A stretch of 64,000 bases of DNA, taken from Flavobacteriales bacterium. GTDB lineage: Bacteria > Bacteroidota > Bacteroidia > Flavobacteriales_F > PHOS-HE28. The stretch covers positions 1,522-65,521 of the forward strand of contig JBDTNF010000016.1 of the NCBI GenBank assembly GCA_039933875.1, in the 5' to 3' direction. This document shows positions 48,154 through 58,300 of this stretch, one piece after another. The notes under the pieces are model-generated. The model searched no databases. It had not been told where the DNA came from and saw only the letters and a list, made by a program, of their open reading frames with translations. The position numbers and the translations under genes are program-made. Position 1 is the first letter of the stretch. Every line of letters starts with the position of its first letter.

Positions 48154-48271
48154 CCTGTCCAGGCTGGTCCAGTCGCTACAGGCCTCTTTTGGGGCCGGAG
48201 GGATGGTGCATCCGGGTATTCTTCCATCTTTGTCGTTCCAAGGAACCTCTAACCCCCTAACACCCGATCGG

Positions 48272-49594
48272 ATGAAGAACATCTACGCAACATTGCTCAC
48301 TGGTACGGCCTTGCTGCTGGCCGGTGTGGCTGATGCCCAGAGCATCAATTCCCCGAAGACGAACCACCAGGCATCGCCTGCGAAACTCACCGCCCCTGGA
48401 GTGGTGGCCCACGATGTGGTCCCAACTGCGGCCCGTGGTGTATTGCCTCCCAATGATGGCTGCGGTACGGTCACGTTCGAAGCATTGAGCATCGACGGCT
48501 CCCTCACATTCACCGGTGACAACACGGGTGCAACGGAGGACGGCGACTTCGAAGCAGGCAGTGGGCTTGAAGGTTTCGGTCCCTGTGTATGGCACGGCTT
48601 CACCACCACGGAATGCGCGAACATCACGGTCGCCTACTGTGGCACCACCCCGGTCTTCGGCAATCTCGGGGCCTTTTTCGCACGCACCTGCCCGGCCACG
48701 GACGCTGATTACATCACTTACACCAGCGGCAACTTCACCGATTGCGCTGATCTCAATGGAACGATCACATGGCTCGATGTTCCCGCCGGGTCCTACTACC
48801 TGCCTGTGCTGATGGATCTTGCTGCTCCTGCGGTGGGCCCCTACACCATCCTGGTCAGCGCGGTGGCATGCATTGCGCCCCCCGATCCTCCGGCGAACGA
48901 TGATTGCGCCAATGCGATCCCCATTGATGTGGATACCTGGTGCAATTTCCAATACTTCACGGGAGCCGGTGGCACCGAGTCCCTCCCTGCCATAACCTGC
49001 AATACGTTCACCGGTGACGCGGGTGATGATGTATGGTTCTCGTTCGTTGCAACGGCAACGGATATTGCCATTGGTGCTCAGGGCGCTGATGATGGAGACG
49101 GCAACCCGAACACAGGCTACGACGCCGTGATCGAACTGTTCTCAGGTGCCTGCGGCGCTGGCACCTCCTTGGGCTGCGCTGATGCGACTCTTGGCAACGA
49201 GCCCGAAGAGATCGCCGCGACCGGTCTTACGGTAGGTGCTACGTATTACGTGCGTGTGTACGACTGGTACGCAAATCCTTGGCCGAATCACACGTTCGGG
49301 TTCTGCGTGGTCGAGGGTGGCGGCATCAACATCGGCATGGAAGAGCACAGCAACGTTGCCGATTGGAGCATCTTCCCGAACCCGGGCACAGGTGTGTTCA
49401 ACCTGCAGTACAGCGGTGCGAACGAGCTCGCCACGATCGACGTGATCGATGTGACCGGCCGTGTGGTTTACACCGAGCGCACTTCGTTGGGCACGAACCA
49501 CACCATGGACCTGAGCGGTTTGAGCACAGGTAACTATGGTGTGCGCCTCACCATGAACGGTGTGAGCACCGAGCAGCGCCTGATGGTGCAGTAG
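48272..49594 (+). CDS. T9SS cargo protein, paralog 1 (modules A-B-CTD)
   Basis: Signal peptide MKNIYATLLTGTALLLAGVADAQ. Module A ('FTGDNTGATEDG...WHGFTTTECANITVAYCGT...PAGSYYLPV...GPYTILVSAVAC'). Module B ('ANDDCANAIPI...DVWFSFVAT...DAVIELFSGACG...TYYVRVYDWY'). T9SS tail 'WSIFPNPGTGVFNL...'. Confidence 0.85.
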   Translation: MKNIYATLLTGTALLLAGVADAQSINSPKTNHQASPAKLTAPGVVAHDVVPTAARGVLPPNDGCGTVTFEALSIDGSLTFTGDNTGATEDGDFEAGSGLEGFGPCVWHGFTTTECANITVAYCGTTPVFGNLGAFFARTCPATDADYITYTSGNFTDCADLNGTITWLDVPAGSYYLPVLMDLAAPAVGPYTILVSAVACIAPPDPPANDDCANAIPIDVDTWCNFQYFTGAGGTESLPAITCNTFTGDAGDDVWFSFVATATDIAIGAQGADDGDGNPNTGYDAVIELFSGACGAGTSLGCADATLGNEPEEIAATGLTVGATYYVRVYDWYANPWPNHTFGFCVVEGGGINIGMEEHSNVADWSIFPNPGTGVFNLQYSGANELATIDVIDVTGRVVYTERTSLGTNHTMDLSGLSTGNYGVRLTMNGVSTEQRLMVQ

Positions 49595-49613
49595 TTCTGA
49601 CCACCTTTTGAAC

Positions 49614-49651
49614 GAAGGGCGTCCACCAAACGGTGGGCGCCCTTCGCTTTT
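49614..49651 (+). terminator. Intrinsic terminator
   Basis: 14-bp stem GAAGGGCGTCCACC / GGTGGGCGCCCTTC (one U-G pair), loop AAAC, then GCTTTT. Confidence 0.75.
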
Positions 49652-49691
49652 GGGTGGCTGCGGTATCGGATGAGGGGGACGCCGAAGAAGC

Positions 49692-50474
49692 CTACAAACA
49701 GCCGGTGCGGCCGCCGTCGACCGGAAGATTTATGCCGTTGATGTAGGCCCCGGAAGGTCCGGCCAGAAAGGCCACCGCGAACGCGATCTCCTCGGGCCGC
49801 GCGAAACGACGAAGAGGGATCTCGCTCATCATCTCATGCGCAGCATCGGTCTCGCTGCTGCTGTTCTTGGCCGCCTTGTTCTTGATGATCGTCGCGAGCC
49901 GTTCGGTCTCGGTTGCGCCCGGAAGCACATTGTTCACAGTGATGCCGTATTGGCCAAGTTCATTGGCCAGTGTCTTGCCCCAGTTTGCCACCGCACCGCG
50001 GATGGTGTTGCTCACGCCCAGGTTGGGAAGCGGCTGCTTCACGCTGGTGCTGATCACGTTGATGATGCGCCCACTGCCGCGTTTCTTCATGCCAGGCACC
50101 ACACTCCGTACGAGCGTCTGATATCCGATCAGGTGCAGGCGGAAAGCATCCATGAACGCCGTTGGATCCGCTTCGTGCGCCAGGCCCGGCGGTGGACCGC
50201 CGGTGTTGTTCACCAGGATGTCCACGGGGTGGTGCGTAAGCTCCTGTAGAGCCTTGGTGAGCGCAACGGTATCGGCCATGTCCACGACGATCAGACCGTG
50301 TGGCTGATCGTGGCCTCGTTCCAGTTCGGCCAGCGCGGTGCGCAAGCGGGGCTCATCGCGTGCGAGCAGTGTTACCTGTGCCCCGAGACGCGCGAACTCG
50401 CGGGCGATCGCCCGCCCGATGCCTTGTGAAGCGCCGCAGACCAGCGCATGTTTACCGACCAGCGAAGTTTCCAT
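49692..50474 (-). CDS. SDR-family oxidoreductase (FabG-like)
   Basis: Start at METSLVGKHALVCGASQGIGRAIA (TGxxxGIG). 'NNTGG' is present, as is the catalytic tetrad region 'SVKQPLPNLGVSNTIRGAV'. Confidence 0.9.
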   Translation of the reverse strand: METSLVGKHALVCGASQGIGRAIAREFARLGAQVTLLARDEPRLRTALAELERGHDQPHGLIVVDMADTVALTKALQELTHHPVDILVNNTGGPPPGLAHEADPTAFMDAFRLHLIGYQTLVRSVVPGMKKRGSGRIINVISTSVKQPLPNLGVSNTIRGAVANWGKTLANELGQYGITVNNVLPGATETERLATIIKNKAAKNSSSETDAAHEMMSEIPLRRFARPEEIAFAVAFLAGPSGAYINGINLPVDGGRTGCL

Positions 50475-50571
50475 CTTGGTCAAAGGTAGATGCGCGCATC
50501 GTGTGGCCTTGACCATGATGGGGTGTGAAGAACCGGGGAGCGCCATGGGATCAAAGGCGATGAACAGGGAT

Positions 50572-50579
50572 TATGTTTG
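50572..50579 (+). promoter_or_regulatory. Bacteroidota-type -7 promoter box (TAnnTTTG)
   Basis: TATGTTTG lies 40 nt upstream of the ATG at 50619. Confidence 0.4.
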
Positions 50580-50618
50580 AGAACTGACCCACGGAAACGA
50601 ACACCAACCCTACCAAGC

Positions 50619-52304
50619 ATGAAGAATACTTACGCCGCTTTATCGGCTTGCGCACTCGGGCTCACCATCGCTGGCGGTGTTTCGGCCCAATCGCACCGGA
50701 CCGTTGCCAACGTTTCGCGCCAGACCCTTTACGACATCAAGAAGCACGATGCCGCCTTGCACGCTGCCGCCCCTGTGGGAATGCGTGGTGGTGGCTTGCC
50801 CAATGATGAATGCGACTTCGCCACTGTCCTTGCGGTAGGTACCGAATGTGTACCCGTCTCGGGCACGATGGTAGGAGCCACCCAGTCGCTCGCCCCGAGC
50901 ACGTGCAGCACGTTCACCTCAAGTGCTGCCAATGATCAGTGGTTCAGCTTCGTTGCAACGGCATCGGTAACGCTCATCGAGGTCACCGGTGGGGGCGATG
51001 CGACCACGGGCATCGATGCCGTCCTCGAAGCGTACACAGCTCCCTGCGTGGACCTTGCCTCCCTGGGCTGTGTGGATGCCACCGTACGGGGTGAAACGGA
51101 GATGCTGACGCTGGTCACCACGCCAGGCAATACATACTTCTACCGCACCTACTATTGGATCTATACAGCGGAACAGACGGTGTTCGACTTCACCACCTGT
51201 GTTTATTCGCCGACGAATATCCCCGCGAACGACGATTGTTCTGGCGCGGTGGCACAAGCGTTGAGCGTTGGGTCCACGGTGACCTTCACCGGCGACAATA
51301 CCGGTGCGTTGGATACCGAGGGCCTGGGAATAGCTTCCGTATGGGAGTCCTTCACCACTACGGAGTGTTCGTTCATCACAATGGACTACTGCGGAACGAC
51401 ACCAGCCTTCGCGAACGCGTTCCTCAGTTTGTTCATCGGCTGCCCATACACGGGCTTCATCCCGGATGTCTCGTTCGAGACCACGACCTGTCCGGATGGC
51501 AATTTCACCATCCAATACGAGTACGTCCCCGCAGGGACATACTACTATGCGGTTCTGACCGAAGATGGTTCCGTCGGCCCCTATTCCATCAACGTGACCG
51601 CTGCGGCCTGCCCCCCGGGATACTGTCCTGCCAGCGCTGATCTGTGCGATGAATACATCGCCGAGGTCATGATCGGTACGATCGACAATGCGACCGATTG
51701 TGCTGTAGGACCAGCGGTGGACTACACCGCGATCAGCACCAACATCGCCCAAGGAGCGAGCCTGCCGATCACCGTCTTGAACGGCCCGGCCATTTATCCG
51801 GAGGATCAGGTCGTGGTGTGGGTCGATTGGAACAACAACGAGAGTTTCGGTGAGGCTGGAGAGACCTTCCCATTGGACTCGGCCGGTCTTGGGGCCACCT
51901 TCACGGGTGCCATCACCGCCCCGATCGATGCTGTGCTCGGCCCGGTGCGCATGCGCATCCGCATGATGTACACCGGTTCGCCATCGCCGTGCGGAGGTTC
52001 AGCCTACGGCGAAGTGGAGGACTATACCCTGAACGTGGATCAATTCAATGCGGTTGCCACCCTGGCTGTGAATACGTTCAGCGTGTTCCCGAACCCCACG
52101 GACGGCGATCTGACGGTGCGGGCGAGCACACCGATGAACGCCGTTGCGCAGGTGCTGGACGTCACCGGCCGCTTGCTCCACACCGAACGTATGGTCGGTT
52201 TGCAGGCCGATCTCGCGCTGGCGGGGAAGCTTGTGCCGGGCGCCTATCTGCTGCGGTTAAGCGATGCGGACGGCAGCAGCGAATATCCGTTCGTGGTTCG
52301 TTAG
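50619..52304 (+). CDS. T9SS cargo protein, paralog 2 (modules B-A-GEVED-CTD)
   Basis: Signal peptide MKNTYAALSACALGLTIAGGVSAQ. Module B ('NDECDFATVL...DQWFSFVAT...DAVLEAYTAPC...TYFYRTYYW'). Module A ('FTGDNTGALD...WESFTTTECSFITMDYCGT...PAGTYYYAV...GPYSINVTAAAC'). Then a domain ending in 'YGEVEDYTLNV' and the T9SS tail 'FSVFPNPTDGDLTV'. Confidence 0.85.
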   Translation: MKNTYAALSACALGLTIAGGVSAQSHRTVANVSRQTLYDIKKHDAALHAAAPVGMRGGGLPNDECDFATVLAVGTECVPVSGTMVGATQSLAPSTCSTFTSSAANDQWFSFVATASVTLIEVTGGGDATTGIDAVLEAYTAPCVDLASLGCVDATVRGETEMLTLVTTPGNTYFYRTYYWIYTAEQTVFDFTTCVYSPTNIPANDDCSGAVAQALSVGSTVTFTGDNTGALDTEGLGIASVWESFTTTECSFITMDYCGTTPAFANAFLSLFIGCPYTGFIPDVSFETTTCPDGNFTIQYEYVPAGTYYYAVLTEDGSVGPYSINVTAAACPPGYCPASADLCDEYIAEVMIGTIDNATDCAVGPAVDYTAISTNIAQGASLPITVLNGPAIYPEDQVVVWVDWNNNESFGEAGETFPLDSAGLGATFTGAITAPIDAVLGPVRMRIRMMYTGSPSPCGGSAYGEVEDYTLNVDQFNAVATLAVNTFSVFPNPTDGDLTVRASTPMNAVAQVLDVTGRLLHTERMVGLQADLALAGKLVPGAYLLRLSDADGSSEYPFVVR

Positions 52305-52320
52305 GCCTGTTCACATATCC

Positions 52321-52357
52321 AAAAACGAGCGGCCGAGCGGCCGCTCGTTTTTCTTTC
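52321..52357 (+). terminator. Intrinsic terminator
   Basis: 14-bp stem AAAAACGAGCGGCC / GGCCGCTCGTTTTT with loop GAGC, followed by CTTTC. Confidence 0.8.
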
Positions 52358-52408
52358 GGTAACAATGATGGTTTGAAACTTGAGCCAGGGGATGCTGTTC
52401 GATAGCGT

Positions 52409-52436
52409 TTGTATCATGGCATGTTGGATAAGTTTG
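52409..52436 (+). promoter_or_regulatory. Bacteroidota sigma-A-type promoter (-33 TTG / -7 TAAGTTTG)
   Basis: TTG at 52409-52411, a 17-nt spacer, then TAAGTTTG at 52429-52436. The -7 box ends 35 nt upstream of the ATG at 52471. Confidence 0.45.
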
Positions 52437-52470
52437 CCCCTCGCTTAGAAACGCACAAACCAATGAACGC

Positions 52471-55113
52471 ATGAAGAACCTATACCTCTCTCTGTCATTT
52501 GCGGCTCTGGCCTTCATGCCAGCGGTCGAGGGCCTATCCCAAGTGGTCCAAGGTCAGCCGAACGGCCCGGCGCAACTCGTCGACAAGGCGCAACGGGCAT
52601 CGGCACAACGGACCATGACCAATAGCGCATCGCATGCCATGGCCCGGGTGCGTTGGCACCAGGACAGCCATGGTGTCGCGCAATTGCGCGGAGGTGGCAT
52701 CGCCAACGACCTGTGCGCCAACGCCGAAGTCTTGACGGTGAACGCGCCTGGTGGCTGCCCGGGTTCGGGCATTGCCGGGAACAACGGAGGTGCCGGTAAT
52801 GACGGAGGCGACCCAGCCTGCGATGTCACGGCCACGGCGTTCGAGGACGTATGGTACGCATTCAACTCCGGCACGAGCACATCGATAACCATCGCTTTCA
52901 CCCAAGGCACGATCGCCGATCTCCTGGTTGAAGTACTCGAAGGCGGATGTGGTGGAACGTCCATCTTCTGCGATTTCACCGCCCTGAGCTACACCATTCC
53001 GGTGTCGGCGGGTACGGACTACCTGATCCGCGTCGCATCCAACAACGACTTCGGTGCCGGCGGCACGTTCGATATTTGTCTCACAGGCTCCGGTGGCGGT
53101 GGTACCCCCCCGAACGATGATTGCGGCAGCGTTACCGCCACGAACCTCGCCTCGGGTGCATCGGTCATCTTCACCGGGGATAACACCGGTGCTTCGAGTG
53201 CTGGTGATGTCGTACCGGGATCCGTGCTGGATGTCGGTGGTGATACCACCATCGTGTGGCACATGTTCACGACCACCGAGTGCAACGATGTGACCATCGC
53301 TTACTGCGGCACCTTGGTTCAGCCCGCCGTTTACTGGGCGACGCTGGCCACAAGCTGCCCGGCGGATGACAATGTGATCAACTTCAGCGGCGGGAATTTC
53401 ACGGATTGCCTTGATGGGAATGCGACCATCGTGTGGATCGGACTTCCGGCCGGGACCTACTACCTTCCTGTGCGTGGCGAACCAGCCACCGCAGGTCCAT
53501 ACACGATCGAGGTTTCCGCCGTGGCTTGCGCAACGGCTGGTCCGTATTGCGAGGCTGGTGCTACCATAGCACAGTTCGAGAAGATCAGCAACGTGACCGT
53601 TGCTGGCATAAACAACAACTCCACCAGCTCGGCTGGCTATGAGGACTTCACCGGAGGCACGGCGGGTAGCATGACCGTGGGCATGTCCTATCCCCTGAGC
53701 GTTTCGATCTCCGGTGCCTATGATACCGATGAGGTGCGCGTGTGGGTCGATTTCGACCAGAGCGACAGCTTCGAGGCGGGTGAGCTCGTGTTCACTTCGC
53801 CGCTCGGTGTTGGGCCCCACACAGGCAACATCCTTGTTCCAGTTGGTGCCGCAACGGGTTCCACGCGTATGCGTGTGCGCTTGCACGACACTTACGATGG
53901 CGTTGACTATTTCAACTTCCCGAACCCCACCCCATGTGATACCTCGACATTCGGGCAGGTGGAGGACTACACTGTGAACATCGGTGGTGGTGGCAACACG
54001 CCACCCAATGATGACTGCACGGGGGCTGTGGCGCAAAACCTCGCAGCTGGCGCAACGATCAGCTTGAGTGGTGACAACACTGGGGCGACCGAGGATGGTG
54101 GCGCCGGTTTCGTGATCGTATGGGAGGCGTTCACCACCACCGAGTGCACCGACGTGACCATCAACTACTGCGTGCCTGGTTCAGTGTTCACGAACTTCCT
54201 TACCAACCTCTCGGTCAACTGTCCTGATTTCCTTACGGGCTTGCTGGCTGGGGCGTTCGATGCCTGCACAGTGACCTTCACGGATCTCGCCGCCGGCACG
54301 TACTACATCCCAGTGCTGGTCGATCCTGCGACCACGCCGGTCGGTGCTTATACGATCGAAGTGAGCGCTGTTGCCTGCGGACCGCTCGGTCCATATTGCG
54401 AAGCCGGCGCGACCAGTTTGCAATTCGAGAAGATCAGTAACACGACGTTCTCGGATATCAACAACAACAGTACGAGCAACGCTGGCTATGAGGACTTCAC
54501 TGGTGTGACCGGTCAAGTTGTAGGCGGTGTTGATTACAACATCTCGGTGACCATCTCGGGCGGTTATGATACCGATCAAGTGCTCGCATGGATCGACTTC
54601 GATCAGAGCCAGACCTTCGATGCTTCGGAGCTCGTGTTCACCTCCGGTCTCGGAGTTGGTCCGCACACAGGGATCGTGTCCGTTCCGCTCACGGCTTCAC
54701 AAGGCCCCACCCGTATGCGTGTGCGCTTGCACGATACCTACGACCTGGGTATTGACTACTTCAACTTCCCGAACCCCACCCCGTGCGATACCTCGACCTT
54801 CGGACAGGTGGAGGACTACACCGTGGACGTGATCGGTGTCATCACTGGCGTGAACGAGAACCCGGTGTCAGCGTTCACCGTGTTCCCGAACCCCACCAAC
54901 GGTGATGTTGACTTCGTATCCAGTGCCGCGGATGCCATGACGGTGATCACCGTTCTGGACATGACGGGGCGTGAGGTATACAGTGAGAAACGCCAGCTTG
55001 TCAAGGGCCAGCAGGTTCATCTGCCCCTTGCCGGATCATTGGCCGCAGGCACGTATTCTCTGCGTCTCACCTCGGAATTCGGCCGTGGCGAGCAGCGCTT
55101 CGTTGTGCGCTAA
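52471..55113 (+). CDS. T9SS cargo protein, paralog 3 (modules B'-[A-GEVED]x2-CTD)
   Basis: Signal peptide, then module B' ('NDLCANAEVL...DVWYAFNSGTSTSITI...DYLIRVASNNDFGAGGTFDICLTG'). Two copies follow of module A plus a domain ending in 'FGQVEDYTV'. T9SS tail 'FTVFPNPTNGDVDF'. Confidence 0.85.
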   Translation: MKNLYLSLSFAALAFMPAVEGLSQVVQGQPNGPAQLVDKAQRASAQRTMTNSASHAMARVRWHQDSHGVAQLRGGGIANDLCANAEVLTVNAPGGCPGSGIAGNNGGAGNDGGDPACDVTATAFEDVWYAFNSGTSTSITIAFTQGTIADLLVEVLEGGCGGTSIFCDFTALSYTIPVSAGTDYLIRVASNNDFGAGGTFDICLTGSGGGGTPPNDDCGSVTATNLASGASVIFTGDNTGASSAGDVVPGSVLDVGGDTTIVWHMFTTTECNDVTIAYCGTLVQPAVYWATLATSCPADDNVINFSGGNFTDCLDGNATIVWIGLPAGTYYLPVRGEPATAGPYTIEVSAVACATAGPYCEAGATIAQFEKISNVTVAGINNNSTSSAGYEDFTGGTAGSMTVGMSYPLSVSISGAYDTDEVRVWVDFDQSDSFEAGELVFTSPLGVGPHTGNILVPVGAATGSTRMRVRLHDTYDGVDYFNFPNPTPCDTSTFGQVEDYTVNIGGGGNTPPNDDCTGAVAQNLAAGATISLSGDNTGATEDGGAGFVIVWEAFTTTECTDVTINYCVPGSVFTNFLTNLSVNCPDFLTGLLAGAFDACTVTFTDLAAGTYYIPVLVDPATTPVGAYTIEVSAVACGPLGPYCEAGATSLQFEKISNTTFSDINNNSTSNAGYEDFTGVTGQVVGGVDYNISVTISGGYDTDQVLAWIDFDQSQTFDASELVFTSGLGVGPHTGIVSVPLTASQGPTRMRVRLHDTYDLGIDYFNFPNPTPCDTSTFGQVEDYTVDVIGVITGVNENPVSAFTVFPNPTNGDVDFVSSAADAMTVITVLDMTGREVYSEKRQLVKGQQVHLPLAGSLAAGTYSLRLTSEFGRGEQRFVVR

Positions 55114-55131
55114 GCGACTCAATTCAATGGA

Positions 55132-55169
55132 AAGCGGGCGGGCCGGAAGGTCCGCCCGCTTCCTTTTTT
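55132..55169 (+). terminator. Intrinsic terminator
   Basis: Stem AAGCGGGCGG(GCC) / (GGT)CCGCCCGCTT with loop GGAA, followed by CCTTTTTT. Confidence 0.75.
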
Positions 55170-55332
55170 ACCCATCCCTCTCCTCCGATGCGGTCGATGG
55201 AATGTTCGCAAGGGGACCCCTGAAAGCCTTGCACGACCTGCGATACCGGCCCAACTTTGTACCTGACCCTGCTTTCCATGGATCTCCCGGTCAAGGGCAA
55301 CCTTGCCGGAATAGCGCGTCAATACTGAACAC

Positions 55333-58300
55333 ATGACCCGAACACCAGCCCTTTTTGGTCACCTGCGCACCATGTGCCTGGTCGCCTGCACCGTTCTGCT
55401 TCCGTTCGGGATCAATGCCCAGAACGGTCACACGCATGGCGCAGTTGGAACGATCGGGAACATCGCGCCGATCCCCGTTGGCTCGGATCGTGGTGGCGTG
55501 CCGCCCAATGCACTGTGTTCCGGGGCGTTGATACAACCACTGTCCTTGTTCGCTAGCGTTTCGAACAGCGGGGACAATACCGGCGGCCTCGTGGACAATT
55601 ACTTCCAACTACCGGTGGTTTGGGAAGGGTTCGTCTCAACGGAGTGTCTGACGGTGAGGGTCTCCTATTGTGGAACGACCCCGCGCTTCGAGGGGGCTCT
55701 GCTCGCCCTGGCGGTCGGGTGTCCGTTGAGCAATGTTGCCCGGATACCGGTATCCGGGGTCACTATGCAACTCTGCGCTGACCACAATTTCACGCTCACA
55801 TTCCCGAACCTTCCCGCAGGCACTTATTACTTCCCGGTACTCCAAGGGGTCGGATTCACCGGTCCGTACACGATCACGTTCACCGGTTTGCCCTGCACCG
55901 GTTCCCCGCCCACTAACGACGATTGTGCGGGTGCAACTGAACTGGTACCTGGTGTCGATTGCATAGAGACGACCGGCAACAATGCGGGCACCACGGTAGG
56001 CACTCCAGCCTCGCTCGGGTGCAATGGTGGTGATCCTTCGGATGATGTGTGGTATTCGTTCGTCGCGACGCATGCGGACCATACCATCACCGTTGAGCCC
56101 AGGACCGGGTTCGACGCTGTGATCGAAGTGTACAGCGGTGCATGTGGGTCGGGAACGCTGGTGGCCTGTCGTGACGTGGCCTTTGCTGGAGAGACCGAAG
56201 TGGCTACACTCACCGGGCTCACGGTAGGCGAGACCTACTACGTGCGGGTATACGACTGGTACGCCGGTGCTTCGATGACGAACAACTTCACCATCTGTGT
56301 GCAACGGCCTCCTTGTCTGGCCGACGCGGGAACGCTTGCACCGGCAAGTACACCGGTATGCCTCGTAGGCGGCCTCGCCACGATCGCTGCGATACTGAAC
56401 GGCGATGCGTTCGTGCCAGCCGGGTTCGATACGGCCTTCTTACTCACCCAAGACCCCGGATTCATCATACAGAATGTCGGCACCACACCGTCCTTCGATG
56501 TCAATGCGGCGGGACCGTATACGATCCACACGCTCGTATTCGATCCCCTTACGTTCGATCCCGGTACCATCCAGGTCGGCGTGACCACGTGCTTCGATGT
56601 GAACGCATTGCTGGAAGAGGGGGGAGGCCTTATTTGCGGAAGCCTCGATATGATCGGCGCGCTGATCACGGTCGACCTGTGCATTGTGTGCGACGCTGAG
56701 GCGGGAACCATCACAGCCGATGCCGATACGGTGTGCTTCGTTTCAGGTGCTGCCACAATTACCGCAACGCCGAACGGCGATGCGGTGGTACCTGTTGGCT
56801 TCGAACTGGTCCATATGCTCACCCAAGGAGCCGGTCTTGTGATCCAGGAGGTGGGTCCGCTGCCCTCGTTCGATGTGACGGCGGTGGGTAACTACACGAT
56901 CCATACGTTGGTCTACGATCCATTGACGTTCGATACAGGCACCATCCAGATCGGGGTGACCACGGGCTTCGATGTGAACGCATTGTTGGTGCAGGGTGGT
57001 GGTACCATTTGTGCAAGTCTGGATGTGAGTGGAGCACCGGTGAATGTGAGGGTATGCCTGGATTGTGAGGCGGTCGCCGGGACACTGACAGCGCTGAACC
57101 CGGCGATCTGTCTGGTCGGTGGCGCGGCCACTATCGCGGATACTCCCAATGGGGATGCTGTTGTCCCGGTTGGTTTCGAAGTGCTTTATCTCCTTTCGGA
57201 AGGGGGTGTGATACAAGCCTCATCACCAACACCCTCGTTCGATGTTGCTGCGGAAGGGTCTTACGCGGTGCACACACTGGTATACGATCCCCTCACGCTT
57301 GATATCGGGAGCCTCGTGTTCGGTGTTACCACGATGAGCGAATTGGACCTTCAATTGATCCAGGGCGGTGGCACCGTCTGCGCCAGCCTCGACTTGGCGG
57401 GCGGCGCCACCACGGTGCAAGTCTGTGTCAGTTGTACTGCCGCGTCCGGCACATTGACGGCTGATGCGACGTCGGTATGCATCCTTGGCGGTGTTGCCAC
57501 GGTGAGCGCAACACCCAATGGAAATGCTATCGTACCCGTTGGTTACGAGACACTGTATCTACTGGCGACCGGGGCCGTGGTCCAAGGGACGAGCACGGCC
57601 TCTTCGTTCGAGGTGAACAGCACGTTGGACTTTACGATCCATACACTGGTCTACGATCCGCTGACGTTCGATCCGGGTACGATCCAGAGCGGTGTGACCA
57701 CGGTTCTTGATCTGAACGCTTTGCTGATCCAAGGAGGTGGTGTTATCTGCGCGGGCCTGGATCTGGCGGGGGCCTCTCTTTCAGTGGAGGATTGCGCACC
57801 GCTGAACGACCAATGCGCGAATGCCATCACGCTCGCGGTGAACAGTGAGGGTGGTTGCCCGGCCGGAGGGACCACCGGCGATAACACCTATGCCACGTCA
57901 TCAGGAAGCCAACCCTCCTGTGACACCAATGGCCTCGACTTCGCCGATGTTTGGTACACCTTCAATTCAGGTTCGAGCACCACGGTTTTCATCACGTTCG
58001 ACCATGGTAGCATGACCGATTGGGGCATTACCGTGACGGATGCGTGCGATGGGAACGAGGTGGAGTGCGTGGTGCAGCCAGCCGATGTCATCGAAATTCC
58101 GACCCAACCGGACACGGACTACTGGGTGCGGGTCTATACCAACACGCAGTTCGGGGCTGGCGGTTCGTTCACTATCTGTCTTACCGGCCTCACGGAAGTG
58201 TGTGATGGTGGCATTATTTCAAGCGCGATCGGCGGTGTCAACCCTGTCATCGTCTGTCAAGATGCACAGCCTGATGTGATCGACCTGATCACGTCCAGCA

